DNA of 64,000 nucleotides from an uncultured Acidobacteriota bacterium (GTDB lineage Bacteria; Acidobacteriota; Blastocatellia; RBC074): NCBI GenBank assembly GCA_963796275.1, contig CAWCKY010000004.1, positions 480,001 to 544,000 of the forward strand, read 5' to 3'. Shown piece by piece: positions 63,622 to 64,000 of this stretch (position 1 is its first letter; each line of letters starts with the position of its first letter). The notes under the pieces were generated by a model. It saw only the letters and a program-made list of their open reading frames with translations, ran no database searches and was not told where the DNA came from. The position numbers and the translations under genes were made by a program.

Positions 63622-64000
63622 ATGAGAAGAAAAATATTATATATACTCTGCCTTTCCATCTTATTCGGTAGCGCATTCCCGACCATTTTTGCGCAACAAT
63701 CCGTTACCACCGCGAGTCTCAGCGGTCGCATCGAGGATGCGAGCGGCGCTGCGATTCGGGGCGCTTCCGTCACTGCCACCTATATCGATCAAAACCAGCA
63801 TGTTACAACTACCACCGATGCTCAGGGGCTTTTCCGATTTCTGTACCTGCGGTCGGGCCGATACCAGCTCAGAGTGGAGGCATCCGGGTTTGCCCCGACC
63901 AGCCGGGAATTGACGCTGACCATCGGAGGCGCACTCGATCTGCAACTGAGGCTCGCAATAGCAGGCGTTGAGACGACAGTCGATATCAGATCAGAAACGC
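63622..64000 (+). CDS. TonB-dependent receptor N-terminus (carboxypeptidase-regulatory-like domain), runs off the window
   Basis: Own translation: MRRKILYILCLSILFGSAFPTIFAQQSVTTASLSGRIEDASGAAIRGASVT...TDAQGLFRFLYLRSGRYQLRVEASGF. Confidence 0.85.
   Translation, partial: MRRKILYILCLSILFGSAFPTIFAQQSVTTASLSGRIEDASGAAIRGASVTATYIDQNQHVTTTTDAQGLFRFLYLRSGRYQLRVEASGFAPTSRELTLTIGGALDLQLRLAIAGVETTVDIRSET

Overview
64-kb bacterial window, probably a soil Acidobacteriota (Blastocatellia-like) genome. This is inferred from a duplicated MacB/FtsX permease, a TonB receptor with a carboxypeptidase-like N-terminus and REP-type intergenic hairpins. No rRNA, tRNA, CRISPR or intact transposase was found. Layout: (1) 1-8.3 kb: sigma2-only ECF-like ORF, ABC permease, a 258-aa unknown and a divergent membrane-anchored anti-sigma-zinc-finger/TPR/CHAT protease. 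(2) 8.3-14.2 kb: metabolic genes and a Tat-exported glycosidase-like protein. (3) 14.3-23.4 kb, the most striking locus: three consecutive ClpA/B-like double-AAA+ ATPases. They have HicB-like N-termini, degenerate first Walker B motifs, no GYVG pore loop and retained xGF loops. Two of them end in a domain that aligns by eye with release factor RF2 domains 1/2/4 but lacks the GGQ domain, suggesting an uncharacterised ribosome-directed hetero-oligomeric unfoldase. (4) 23.4-48.6 kb: paralog-rich stress/cold-type island (3 RRM proteins, 2 CarD, 4 Crp/Fnr copies, 2 B12-radical SAM enzymes, FtsH, desaturase, orphan GroEL, STAS, DEAD-box helicase). It carries six copies of a TGTCC-N6-GGACA box at class-II activator spacing and three copies of a conserved structured 5' leader. 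(5) 48.6-64 kb: manC plus a displaced copy of its 3' end, a 15 x ~78-bp REP-doublet tandem array (not CRISPR), a wHTH/YjbQ/permease/UppS/DUF4173 cluster with a shared palindrome, a DnaC-like ATPase, and a Cys-rich RAPP-ending ORF upstream of a TonB-dependent receptor. Three genes carry single-base +1 frameshifts that may be assembly errors. All family calls are from motif recognition by eye; no searches were run.
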